A stretch of 64,000 bases of DNA from contig NIVC01000032.1 of assembly GCA_002269645.1 (NCBI GenBank), positions 806,001 to 870,000 of the forward strand, written 5' to 3'. Shown one piece after another: positions 33,561-46,364 of the stretch. Within the stretch, counting starts at the first letter, position 1, and each line of letters starts with the position of its first letter. A model generated the notes under the pieces. The model was given only the letters and a program-made list of their open reading frames with translations. It had not been told where the DNA came from and did not search any database. Both the position numbers and the translations under genes were made by a program. Origin of the DNA: Macrostomum lignano (lineage: Eukaryota).

Positions 33561-34364
33561 ATGTTTTAATTGTCAAAGCAATTGAATTATATTATACGTT
33601 TTGCTTTTTTAGTTATAGTTATCGAAATATCAAAATTTCACAAATAAAGCTTTGCTTGCATCATCGGAACACAATGAATCTGGCGAACCCAAAAGTTTCT
33701 AAGAAATATACGTCCTACTTGAGTCGTCCCATCGTCCAATGCTCTAGGTAGGTTGTAATCGTAGCCTCGTGCAAGTGTATGTGCGCTGTGCTGGCTTGTT
33801 TCCCAAACCCTGAGGGACTTCGCGGATGCAAGACATGACAGACAATCGTTATTTATTAGTGGACAAGGCGATGCGCATATCCATGAGAGCCCACGCTTCG
33901 CTGAGCAGCTCTGTATCTCGAGCTGCTGCTGCGTTCGGGTCTTCCAATCATACGCTTGACTTGACAGCTCTGTATTGAAGTGCTCTGACCGAAGTAAGCT
34001 GCCCTGTGCTTGCATATTGTCCCCTATGTGTGTTTTTTGGTTGGAGCAGGATGGGTTGTGTCTAACGGAGCTTCATCAGGTTATGAATTACAACAAGTTG
34101 ATGAAATCTGGTAGACATCGCAGAGCCTGTTCTGTAGTTAGCTTAGCTATTTTTAGTTGTCAGTAATTACGAGTACATTAGTAGCTTGTATTACTTATTT
34201 GAAATCAAACATTATTATCCTCCACTTCGCATTGTAAGTGTTAATATTTGTACGTGTGTTAATCAGGGGTCGAAAAAACTCTGGCCTGCGAAGCCTCTAT
34301 CCGGCCATCGGGTCCTTTGAAACTGCACAATAGCTATCCGGGCCGCTCATGGCTTGTGTCTCTT

Positions 34365-35600
34365 CTCAGCTCTCTTCTCTCCCCTCCTCTCTTCTCTCCA
34401 CTCTCCTCTCCCCCCTCCCTCCTCTTCTCCCTCCCCTCCCTCTCCTCTTTCCTTTCCTCTCCTCTCTCCCTCCCCTCCTCTCTTCTCTTCTCTCCTCTCT
34501 CTCTTCTTTCTCTTCTCTCCTCTCCCCCTCCCTCCTCTTCTCTCCTCCCCTCCCTCTCCTCTTTCCTTTCCTCTCCTCTCTCTCTCCCCTCCTCTCTTCT
34601 CTTCTCTCCTCTCTCTCTTCTTTCTCTTCTCTCCTCTCCTCCCCTCCTCTTCTCTTTCCTTTCCTCTCCTCTCTCTCCCTCTTCTCTCTCCTGTTCTCTG
34701 TCTCTCCCCTCCTCTCTTCTCTCCTCTCCTCTCCTCCCTCTACCTCTCTCTCTTCTCTCCTCTCCTCTCCTCCCTCTACCTCTCTCTCTTCTCTCCTCTC
34801 CTCTCCTCCCTCTACCTCTCTCTCTTCTCTCCTCTCCTCTCCTCCCTCTACCTCTCTCTCTTCTCTCCTCTCCTCTCCTCCCTCTACCTCTCTCTCTTCT
34901 CTCCTCTCCTCTCCCCTCCCCCTCCTATTCTCTCTCCTCTCCTCTCCCCCTCCTCTTCTCTCTCCTCTCCTCTCCCCCTCCTTTTCTCTCTCCTCTCCTC
35001 TCCCCCTCTTCTTCTCTCTCCTCTCCTCTCCCCCCTCTTCTTCTCTCTCCTCTCCTCTCCCCCTCCTCTTCTCTCTCCTCTCCTCTCCCCCTCCTCTTCT
35101 CTCTCCTCTCCTCTCCCCCCTCTTCCTCTCTCTCCTCTCCCCTCCCCTCTTCTTCTCTCTCCTCTCCTCTCCCCCTCTTCTTCTCTCTCCTCTCCCCTCC
35201 CCCTCCTCTTCTCTCTCCTCTCCTCTCCCCCCTCCTCTTCTCTCTCCTCTCCTATCCCCCCTCTTCTTCTCTCTCCTCTCCCCTCCCCCTCCTCTTCTCT
35301 CTCCTCTCCCCTCCCCCTCCTCTTCTCTCTCCTCTCCCCTCCCCCTCCTCTTCTCTCTCCTCTCCCCTCCCCCTCCTCTTCTCTCTCCTCTCCCCTCCCC
35401 CTCCTCTTCTCTCTCCTCTCCCCTCCCCCTCCTCTTCTCTCTCCTCTCCCCTCCCCCTCCTCTTCTCTCTCCTCTCCCCTCCCCTCCTCTTCTCTCTCCT
35501 CTCCCCTCCCCCTCCTCTTCTCTCTCCTCTCCCCTCCCCCTCCTCTTCTCTCTCCTCTCCCCTCCCCCTCCTCTTCTCTCTCCTCTCCTCTCTCCACTCT
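34365..35600. repeat. Almost pure polypyrimidine (CT-rich) array
   Basis: About 1.2 kb of C/T with very few purines. Confidence 0.95.
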
Positions 35601-36169
35601 CTTTTTATCTCTTTAATCTTCTCATCTACTTTTTTGCCTCCCATTTTCTCTCTTTCGTCTCCTTTCCCCTCATCTGGCCCGCAGTCATGAGCTGTATTAT
35701 TTATCCATGTGGCCATTGAGGTAAAAAATATTGTCGACTTCGATATATCTTTTGAAATAATGGCGTACCTTATTGAATCTTCTAACGACAAATAAATATC
35801 ATTACGGCTACTTTGTGTAACAAACTAGATTTCTGGTCTTAGCCGTTATTTGTCTGAGAGGTTATATGGTTGGCCATAGCTAAATAATGCTGATAAATGA
35901 TGTTGGGAGATTAATCCCGAATTCGTAGCTACACTGCAGCCTCGTCGTAGCGCGATCTAAACGATCCGATTGGCATTAGGGGTATGTGGTTATATATGCC
36001 CTTAAATTAATGGCACTTGATATATCATAATGGGAAAAATTGATGGCCACAATGAGCAGCTCAATTCTGTAATTTAGCTTATATTTGGCAAGAAATACTG
36101 CATTTTATAGAGAGCCAGCCAAGGTCTGCTTGAGTGTAATTTTATTTTCATGATCAAATTGTGCTTGCA

Positions 36170-36812
36170 TTTTGGCGTCGCAGGCACTCATTTTGGCGCC
36201 ACAGCAGGCACTCATTATGGCGCCATAGCAGGCACTCATTTTTGGCGCCACAGCAGGCACTCATTTTAGCTCCGTAGGCACTTATTTTGGCGCCACAGCA
36301 GGCACTCATTTTTGGCGCCACAGCAGGCACTCATTTTGGCTCCGCAGGCACTCATTTTTGGCGCCACAGCAGGCACTCATTTTAGCGCCGCAGGCACTCA
36401 TTTTGGCGCCACAGCAGGCACTCATTTTTGGCGCCACAGCAGGCACTCATTTTTGGCGCCACAGCAGGCACTTATTTTGGCTCAGCAGGCACTCATTTTG
36501 GCGCCACAGCAGGCACTCATTTTTGGCGCCACAGCAGGCACTCATTTTTGGCGCCACAGCAGGCACTCATTTTGGCTCCGTAGGCACTCATTTTGGCGCC
36601 ACAGCAGGCACTCATTTTTTGCGCCACAGCAGGCACTCATTTTTGGCGCCACAGCAGGCACTCATTTTGGCTCCGCAGGCACTCATTTTTGGCGCCACAG
36701 CAGGCACTCATTTTAGCGCCGCAGGCACTCATTTTGGCGCCACAGCAGGCACTCATTTTGGCTCAGCATGCACTCATTTTGGCACCACAGCAGGCACTCA
36801 TTTTGGCTCCGC
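36170..36812. repeat. 24-26-nt minisatellite GGCACTCATTTTTGGCGCCACAGCA, about 25 copies
   Basis: Direct reading of tandem units. Confidence 0.95.
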
Positions 36813-37299
36813 ATGCACTATATTTTGTCGCGATGAAGCAAAATTATTGATTTTCATAACGGGTCACAAGCTGGGGGGACAAAGCATTGGCATGCCCCCC
36901 ATAGCTTTTACTGGGGGACATGTCCTCCCTCCGAACCCAATTCATCACTTCATTACTTCATCACTTATACATGTAACAGCTCTACACATACTTACATGTA
37001 TGTAATTATAATATCTGGCAATATACTCGTATATTGATATACATACGAGCCTCTACAACGGGAACTCCTCAAACTGAAAGTGAGACAGCATATTGATTTC
37101 TTCAAGATTTTAGTAGACTCCACTCAGCTAATGGACATAATTGCCCATGTTGTTAAAACATCCCTGCATTTAGCTTTGTACAAGACTGTCAATATTTTGG
37201 CGTCACTCTTTCCTGTCAATTTGTAGTCTCCCAGTGTCATGATACTCTGCTTTCTCAGTGCGCTTGTTAGCAATCTTTACCCTCAATATCTGACCCTCT

Positions 37300-37830
37300 C
37301 TACCGCCTTATTTCTCTTTCTTAATTATAAGCTTCCTTTTTACCCCCATCTTTCTCACTTTACCACCTTATTTCTCTATTTACCCTCCATGTCTCCCCCC
37401 CCCCTTGCCCTCTATGCCTCCTTCTTTACCTTCTTTTTCCTTTACTCTCTATGCTTCCTTTTTACCCACTTCTTTCCCTCTTTACCCTCATTCTTTCCCT
37501 CTTTACCCTCATTCTTTCCATCTTTACCCTCATTCTTTCCCTCTTTACCCTCATTCTTTCCATCTTTACCCTCATTCTTTCCCTCTTTACCCTCCGCGCC
37601 TCCCACTTTACCCTCCGCACCTCCCTCTTTACCCTCCGTGCTTCCCTGTTTACCCTCCATGCCCCCCTCTTTTCTCTCAATGCCTCCTTCATCACACTCC
37701 CTCTTTCTCTCTTTACCCTCCATGCCCCCCTCTTTACCCTCCTTCTTTCATTCTTTAACTTCTTTCTTTCCCCCTTACCCTCCTTCACTCCCTCTTTTAC
37801 CCTCTTTCACTCCCTCTTTACCCTCCTTGT
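37300..37830. repeat. CT-rich repeat built on CTTTACCCTC (related tract at 38830-38935)
   Basis: Direct reading. Confidence 0.85.
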
Positions 37831-39116
37831 CGCATTTTTGTCAAGTATTTTAACCCTCAGCCTACTCGGGTCTATCAGAAAAACAAAGTAGTTTTCAATC
37901 TTACCCATATGTTAACAAGTACCTTAGTAGTAGACCATGCATATTTCAATTGAATTCAAAGAAATAGCCAGATTTTAACATTTTCGGCGAAATCTGTTCA
38001 CCAGATGGTGCTTTTTGTTCTTTTACGTATAAAAAGCAATATAATTCATATTGTAGTAATTAATATATATTTATGTTGATATATTACAGTTCGAGTAAGG
38101 TCAAGTACATTTAGCGATTATTCCAAGAACTGGGCTTACAAAAAAGATACATTCTTAACGAGTTTAAGCTTACATACAAGCTATAATTATATCAGATTAA
38201 GAAGATTAAGATAACTATATATTACAACTCGAATACTTAAAAAATTATACTGTAGTAAATGTATCGGGATCTCGGATAGAAAAGCTTAAATTAACTTTAA
38301 TTTTGATGCTTTTGCACCCCTACATTCTCGTATGTAGCGAATTTGTGACAGGACAACAGTGAAAGCGAAATCTTTGTTGGCGCCATAAATCAATCAATTT
38401 ACAACGATTATTTTAGAGCTCAATAAAAATATGTCAAAGCTTAGAGCGTTGAAAAAATAATATTGCAAGATAAATCACAGTTTAAATTATCCCGTCTCGA
38501 TGTCAGGAACATGCTGTTTAAACAGAAATGTGGAACGTTTCTTTGTTGAACTTTTGAAAATTCTTTTAGACCAATTTGATCTTAACGTGGTTAATCCATA
38601 GCTCGTACAGATACATGTAGTTCAAATGCCAAGTAATTACAAGCCGGCTTTGCTCTCTGATTTTAGCTGAATTTCTCGAATTATTGATTTTCATTTCTGC
38701 AACATTTGCTGATTTTTAATGGAATCACCCTCTTGATTGGTTTTCTATAGTCTATGGCCGAGAGCAGTTCAGTGTCAGTGGGGATTCCACAGAATGGAGA
38801 GTGAGGATTCTTCATTTGATCGGCTTCACCTTCTATGCTTCCATCTTTACCCTCCTTCTTTCCTTCTTTACCCTCCATGCCTTCCTCTTTACCCTCCATG
38901 CCTCCTTCTTTACCCTCCTCTCTCTTTCCCCTCCAAAGCAATAGATACAGAATTTCTCAATTCATCAGGGTTTTGATTATAGACTCATACTCAATCAAGA
39001 GCCTAGAGATCTCGGGGCGTAAGGGGTCAACTGAAATTTTGGCTTTTTAGGGACAAGTTTTTTTAGGGAACTGCTTGATACAGTCAGTGGTATAATATAT
39101 CGCCATTAACCTTTTA

Positions 39117-39745
39117 TTACACAAAGCTTGTCTCAAAATAGGTACTTTTCAAGGACTTCTTTGGACTGTAGAGTTGATCAGCATTGTTCACAACGGTGCC
39201 GCCCTGTTGAAGTCTTTGGTAGTTCGGCTGTCCGGGATGCTGCTGCTGCTGTTGCTGTTGCTGTTGCTGTTGCATCGGTGGAGCCTGCTGGAGATTATGC
39301 CGGTTCCTCAGCTCAGCAAACGGATCGATAGTCTGATAGCCGCATCCGCCGCTGTTGTTGCTGTTGCTGGCGCTGTTGTCCAGACAGCAGTCCAGCTCGT
39401 CGCAGCTGTTCGCTCGCTGCGCGATGGTCATCTTCCTGGGGCCCAGGCCGGCGCTGCCAGGAGGCTGCTGCTGCTGCTGCTGACGTCGCAGAGTCAGCGA
39501 CGGTCTCGACATCAGGGTGCCGCCAGTCAGCTGGTCGGCGTTGCACCACACTTCGTAGCGTCGATGCCTGGAGGCGTTCAGCGTTCGATCAGTCGCCGCG
39601 GCGGTGGTGGTTTCAATGCCGTCTGGGTCGTCTTCAGATGAGCCGGCTGTGCAGCAGCGCTGCGGATCCCGACGGTGACTGTTGGAGTACAGCAGCTGCT
39701 GCTTGTGGGGTGGTTTGGGGCGGTTTGGGTGGCTGCCAAAATACT
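39117..39745 (-). CDS. Probable terminal coding exon of the protocadherin (cytoplasmic tail ending ETSFV)
   Basis: Frame is open from about 39745 to TAA at 39117; Gln-rich; C-terminal PDZ-ligand-like SFV; CTCAG acceptor in phase 1 matches the phase-1 donor at 54251. Linkage to the protocadherin is inferred. Confidence 0.5.
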
Positions 39746-39771
39746 CTGAGTGTCGGAATATGCTCCCAGAT

Positions 39772-40800
39772 CCCTAATGTCACTTCTAGATTCCCAATGT
39801 CACTCCTAGATTCCTAATGTCACTCCTAGATCCCTAATGTCACTCCTCGATTCCCAATGTCACTCCTAGATTCCAAATGTCACTCCTAGATTCCCAATGT
39901 CACTCCTAGATTCCCAATGTCACTTCTAGATTCCCAATGTCACTCCTAGATTTCCAATGTCACTCTTAGATTCCCAATGTCCCCCTCTAGATTTCAAATG
40001 TCACTCCTAGATCCCCAAAGTCACTCCTAGATTCCCAATGTCACTCCTAGATTCCCAATGTCACTCCTAGATTCCCAATGTCACTCCTAGATTCCCAATG
40101 TCACTCCTAGATTCCCAATGTCACTCCTAGATTCCCAATGTCACTCCTAGATTTCCAATGTCACTCCTAGATTCCCAATGTCACTCCTAGATTCCCAATG
40201 TCACTCCTAGATTCCAAATGTCACTCCTAGATTCCCAATGTCACTCTTAGATTCCCAATGTCCCCCCTAGATTTCAAATGTCACTCCTAGATTTCAAATG
40301 TCACTCCTAGATTCCCAATGTCACTCCTAGATTCCCAATGTCACTCCTAGATTCCAAATGTCACTCCTAGATTCCCAATGTCACTCTTTGATTCCCAATG
40401 TCCCCCCTAGATTTCAAATGTCACTCTTAGATTCCCAATGTCCCCCCTAGATTTCAAATGTCACTCCTAGATTCCCAATGTCACTCCTAGATTCCCAATG
40501 TCACTCCTAGATTCCCAATGTCACTCCTAGATTCCCGATGTCAATCTTAGATTCCCAATGTCACTCCTAGATTCCCAATGTCACTCCTAGATTCCCAATG
40601 TCACTCCTAGATTCCCAATGTCACTCCTAGATTCCCAATGTCACTCCTAGATTCCCAATGTCACTCCTAGATTCCCAATGTCAATCTTAGATTCCAAATG
40701 TCACTCTTAGATTTCAAATGTCACTCCTAGATTTCAAATGTCACTCCTAGATTTCCAATGTCACATTTAGATTCTCAATTTCACTCTCAGATCCTCAATC
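39772..40800. repeat. 20-nt minisatellite TCACTCCTAGATTCCCAATG, about 50 copies
   Basis: Direct reading of tandem units. Confidence 0.95.
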
Positions 40801-41439
40801 TCACCCCTAAATCCTCTGTCTCTGTCCCAGATTCCTAATCGATCTCTACAAAACTAGTTGAATCCTTCTGAACCTCAAGCGTTGGCCCAAAAATTAAAAA
40901 GCAATATTCCACCGGGCCCAGGGGAAGCGGTGCGCAGAGGCAATGGTAAAAGGAGAAAAAAGGTAAGTTATAAAATGCGAATCAAATTGTAGCAAATTCG
41001 ACTTTCTTTTTCTCTACTTCACTTTCTTTCCTTCTCTGCTGCTTAATTCGCAAAAGAAGAAATCAAGCTGATGCAGAAGAAGAAATATGGCAAAAAGGGG
41101 CTTTAATTCCTTAATACGGCGCCGACAGAAGAAGTTGCAGAAGAGAAAAGCAATTGCTGGTGGCTTCAGATTTCCTTTTATTGTAGCAGGCAGCGGACTC
41201 TGCGTGTGCGCCGGTCCCTCTGTGATCCGCGTTCGCCAAATTAATTAGAAGAGATTGAGTGACCGACTCAGCTCTAAACTACTGAGTCACTTCTGTCTGA
41301 CTCGGCTTCCCTTTGCCGTTCGTCTTTTTATCATTCACTGCAGTTTTATTACTTATTATTATAATTCTGATTGCTGCAAGTTTGCGTTGGGAATTGCCTC
41401 TCCGACTGGTCACTGTCTACTTTGCCTACTCAGCTGAGT

Positions 41440-41530
41440 GTCTGCCTGTCTCTTAGTGTATGTCTGCCTGTCTCTTAGTGTATGTCTGCCTGTCTTTTAG
41501 TGTGTCTGCATCTGTCTTAGTGAATGACAA

Positions 41531-41563
<33 letters not shown>

Positions 41564-41579
41564 GTGTCTGTCTGTTTAT

Positions 41580-41625
<46 letters not shown>

Positions 41626-41628
41626 TAG

Positions 41629-41685
<57 letters not shown>

Positions 41686-41688
41686 TAG

Positions 41689-41745
<57 letters not shown>
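41440..41745. repeat. (TGTC)n microsatellite
   Basis: Direct reading. Confidence 0.95.
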
Positions 41746-41748
<3 letters not shown>

Positions 41749-42185
41749 CGACTCTTCAGTTGTCCCCTAACTCATCTGTTAGTCAGCACGGATCCGCTCC
41801 GCAGTCTGTACGAAAGCAGTTCGCATGGCATCGTCTGTTACTGAGCCCTAAGATTTTTTTTACAACTTCTAAACGATACGATGAAAAATTCATCGGGAGA
41901 CTGCTATCGTAACAGGTACGGGCCGCTGCGGCAGCAAACCCGTGGATTTGCAGGTGGGGGGGGGGGCGGCTGCAGGTCCAGTAGCCCAGCTGTGCCACTG
42001 CTTGGCACGCACTGCAGGCAGGGACGGCAACGACACAGAGACAGTTAAGGCGCCTGCAAGTCTGCTTGTTTACTGCCTGCTGCTCTTATGTAGATCTTGC
42101 TCTGATCAGATTTTGATGCGGCTGATAGCGACTCTTATATTGTATGCACGCCAGCCTTTGCATTTCCTAAGCCACAGTTTTGCCC

Positions 42186-42186
<1 letters not shown>

Positions 42187-42253
<67 letters not shown>

Positions 42254-42258
42254 GAGAG

Positions 42259-42289
<31 letters not shown>

Positions 42290-42290
42290 G

Positions 42291-42337
<47 letters not shown>

Positions 42338-42338
42338 G

Positions 42339-42373
<35 letters not shown>

Positions 42374-42386
42374 GAGATAGATAGAT

Positions 42387-42442
<56 letters not shown>

Positions 42443-42467
42443 GAGATAGATAGATAGATAGATAGAG

Positions 42468-42502
<35 letters not shown>

Positions 42503-42534
42503 GAGATAGATAGATAGATAGATAGATAGATACC

Positions 42535-42603
<69 letters not shown>

Positions 42604-42628
42604 GAGATAGATAGATAGATAGATAGAG

Positions 42629-42683
<55 letters not shown>

Positions 42684-42704
42684 GAGATAGATAGATAGAT
42701 AGAG

Positions 42705-42783
<79 letters not shown>

Positions 42784-42804
42784 GAGATAGATAGATAGAT
42801 AGAG

Positions 42805-42870
<66 letters not shown>
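42187..42870. repeat. (GATA)n microsatellite
   Basis: Direct reading. Confidence 0.97.
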
Positions 42871-43509
42871 CCCTGGAGAGGCGGTCTCACTGGCGTCGTT
42901 CTGTCGCTGAGAAGCCTCAGCCCGCCCCAACAGAACAGAACTCTCTCCAGCCAATGTCAATTCCTTCCCCCTGTCAGCTACTCCAAACTGTCGGCAGGTG
43001 GCGCCCACAAGAGGCTCTGTGCCATTCGCTACTGATGCCAATGATGCTGGAGGCTGGCAGCGGCTAACACAGTCTCATAGTCTTGCATGCATCTGGACGA
43101 CAGTGGGTGATCAATCAATGGACTCAAAAATGGCCGACTTATTGCAGCAACCCATCCCTAATCTGCATGCCTTAGCCTGCGCCGCCCTCCTCATAGCAGT
43201 CCCGCTGCCAAATTGAGCCATCAGCCCTGTGTCCTCTGGAGCTTCCTTTCTTTGACTTTGACTGGTCTCTGTCTCTCTCTGTCTCTCTGTGATCTTTTCC
43301 GCTCATTAAGCAACCGCTCAGGTAATGGTAAACAGCCTTTGTAGAGCGGCCTTCAGCTGCATGCATTTACCTGTATACATGGGGAAATCTTGATTAGATT
43401 TTCTCCAAGCTAAACAACCTCAATTCCCAACATCAGCAGTCCTTCTTAGAAGCGGCGGAAATGCTGCTGAAATTTTATCATTGTTCTATCATCATTTTTA
43501 TCATCATTT

Positions 43510-44440
43510 ATCCTCCCGTCTCATTCAATGTCTCCCCCTCTCTCCCATTCACTGTCTCCCCTCTCTCCCATTCAGTGTCTCCCCTCTCTCCCATTCACTG
43601 TCTCCCCTCTCTCCCATTCAGTGTCTCCCCACTCTCCCATTCAGTGTCTCCCCTCTCTCCCATTCAGTGTCTCCCCTCTCTCCCATTCAGTGTCTCCCCT
43701 CTCTCCCATTCAGTGTCTCCCCTCTCTCCCATTCAGTGTCTCCCCTCTCTCCCATTCAGTGTCTCCCCTCTCCCATTCACTGTCTCCCCTCTCTCCCATT
43801 CAGTGTCTCCCCCTCTCTCCCATTCACTGTCTCCCCTCTCTCCCATTCAGTGTCTCCCCTCTCTCCCATTCAGTGTCTCCCCTCTCTCCCATTCACTGTC
43901 TCCCCTCTCTCCCATTCAGTGTCTCCCCTCTCCCATTCACTGTCTCCCCTCTCTCCCATTCAGTGTCTCCCCCTCTCTCCCATTCACTGTCTCCCCTCTC
44001 TCCCATTCAGTGTCTCCCCTCTCTCCTCCCGTCTCATTCAGTGTCTCCCCTCTCTCCTCCCGTCTCATTCAATGTCTCCCCTCTCTCCTCCCGTCTCATT
44101 CAATGTCTCCCTCTCTCCCATTCAATGTCTCCCCTCTCTCCTCCCGTCTCATTCAATGTCTCCCTCTCTCCCATTCAATGTCTCCCCTTTTTTATCACTC
44201 TCTCCCCTCTCTCCTCTCTCCTCTCTCACTCTCTCCCTCTCTCCTCTCTCACTCTCTCCTCTCTCACTCTCTCCCTCTCTCCTCTCCCCTCTCTCCTCTC
44301 TCGCCTCTCCTTTCTCTTCTCTCTCCTCTCTCCCTTCTCTCCTCTCTCACTCTCTCCCCTCTCTCCTCTCTCGCCTTTCCTTCTCTTCTCTCTCCTCTCT
44401 CGCTTCTCTCCTCTCTCACTCTCTTTTTCCTTCTACTCTA
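43510..44440. repeat. 23-nt CT-rich minisatellite CTCTCTCCCATTCAGTGTCTCCC, decaying into a CT tract
   Basis: Direct reading. Confidence 0.9.
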
Positions 44441-44899
44441 TTAGACAAGTAAACAGTCTAAAATCTATCTAGCAAAGCATGTAAATGATCTTCTATGCAT
44501 AGGATATTTTGTATATAAGTCTGCTTCATATATACGAGTATTTCAGTAAATTTGCATCATTCCAACCCTAGCCATTGTCTTTGACATTCACCGCCACTTC
44601 AGTATCCTCAACAGCCTCTCTGCATCCGATGCAGCGGCAGGGGTTCCTCTGCTTTTTTTGTCTTTCATTCCTTCCTTTGAGAATTCAGAAAGCAATCGTA
44701 TGTGATAAAACAGAAGCATTGCTGTTTTCCTAGAGACAATGGAAGGCACTTTAGCTGGTGACAATAAAACACTGCTTGAGGCGGCACATCTCATCTGGGA
44801 CCTGTGGAAGCATTTGCTGTGTTTACTGCGCTCTGCACAGCTCAACAGAGTCGAAATTATAATTACACATGCGAGAATAAAAGTGCAAACTCCCTGTCT

Positions 44900-45862
44900 C
44901 TGTCTGTCTACTGCGTCTCCCTTCTCTCTCTACTGTGTCTCCCTTCTCTCTCTCTACTGTGTCTCCCTTCTCTCTCTACTGTGTCTCCCTTCTCTCTCTA
45001 CTGTGTCTCCCTTCTCTCTCTACTGTGTCTCCCTTCTCTCTCTACTGTGTCTCCCTTCTATCTCTACTGTGTCTCCCTTCTCTCTCTACTGTGTCTCCCT
45101 TCTCTCTGCTGTGTCTCCCTTCTCTCTCTACTGTGTCTCCCTTCTCTCTCTACTGTGTCTCCCTTCTATCTCTACTGTGTCTCCCTTCTCTCTCTACTGT
45201 GTCTCCCTTCTCTCTCTACTGTGTCTCCCTTCTATCTCTACTGTGTCTCCCTTCTCTCTCTACTGTGTCTCCCTTCTCTCTCTACTGTGTCTCCCTTCTC
45301 TCTGTACTGTGTCTCCCTTCTCTCTCTACTGTGTCTCTCTTCTCTCTCTACTGTGTCTCCCTTCTCTCTCTACTGTGTCTCCCTTCTCTCTCTACTGTGT
45401 CTCTCTTCTCTCTGTACTGTGTCTCCCTTCTCTCTCTACTGTGTCTCTCTTCTCTCTCTACTGTGTCTCCCTTCTCTCTCTACTGTGTCTCTCTTCTCTT
45501 TGTACTGTGTCTCCCTTCTCTCTGTACTGTGTCTCTCTTCTCTCTCTACTGTGTCTCCCTTCTCTCTGCTGTGTCTCCCTTCTCTCTGCTGTGTCTCCCT
45601 TCTCTCTCTACTGTGTCTCCCTTCTCTCTCTGCTGTGTCTCCCTTCTCTCTGCTGTGTCTCCCTTCTCTCTCTGCTGTGTCTCCCTTCTCTCTCTAATGT
45701 GTCTCCCTTCTGTCTACTGTGTCTCCCTTCTCTCTCTGCTGTGTCTCCCTTCTCTCTCTGCTGTGTCTCCCTTCTCTCTCTACTGTGTCTCCCTTCTCTC
45801 TGTACTGTGTCTCCCTTCTCTCTGCTGTGTCTCCATTCTCTCTGTACTGTGTCTTGTCTCTC
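44900..45862. repeat. 22-nt minisatellite CTACTGTGTCTCCCTTCTCTCT
   Basis: Direct reading. Confidence 0.95.
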
Positions 45863-46364
45863 TACTGGAAAAATTTGGAAACAAAAGAAACAACATGAAA
45901 ATCGAGATATCTTCGCAGCAAGGCCACTCTCAGGTGCTGCTCATAAGACACCCAAAGAACCCAGAAACGCAGCTCTTGTATTCTAATTAACTAAACAAAG
46001 CACACAATATTTTGGCATATTGAATTTCTGAACTTCATTACTAATTCAAAATTCAAGGCACCTTGTTGAGAGTGAAACAAGACACGCTCGGTTTTAAGTA
46101 TCAACTGCAATAAATTAAATCACAATGCATGACTAAACCACTTGACTTTTAAAATGAAATTCGAATCAGTGTACTACGCTCGTAAAATACCGGCGTGCTG
46201 AAATGCCCTGGACGCCGAGGCACCGGTCTCATTTTGTAACTAAACATTTCCTTATTTATTGAGATTTATTTGAAGCTTTGAAATGAGTCACGATTTGTTT
46301 AAGTTGGATTTTTTATGTTTTAACTGCTTCAAGCTAAAAAATCGAGCTAGTCGATGCTATCAAT

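Noticed and set aside
41783-43070. Additional protocadherin exons near 41.8-42.0 kb and 42.9-43.1 kb
   Set aside because: GC-rich with some splice-like sites, but no consistent phase chain could be shown without transcript data.
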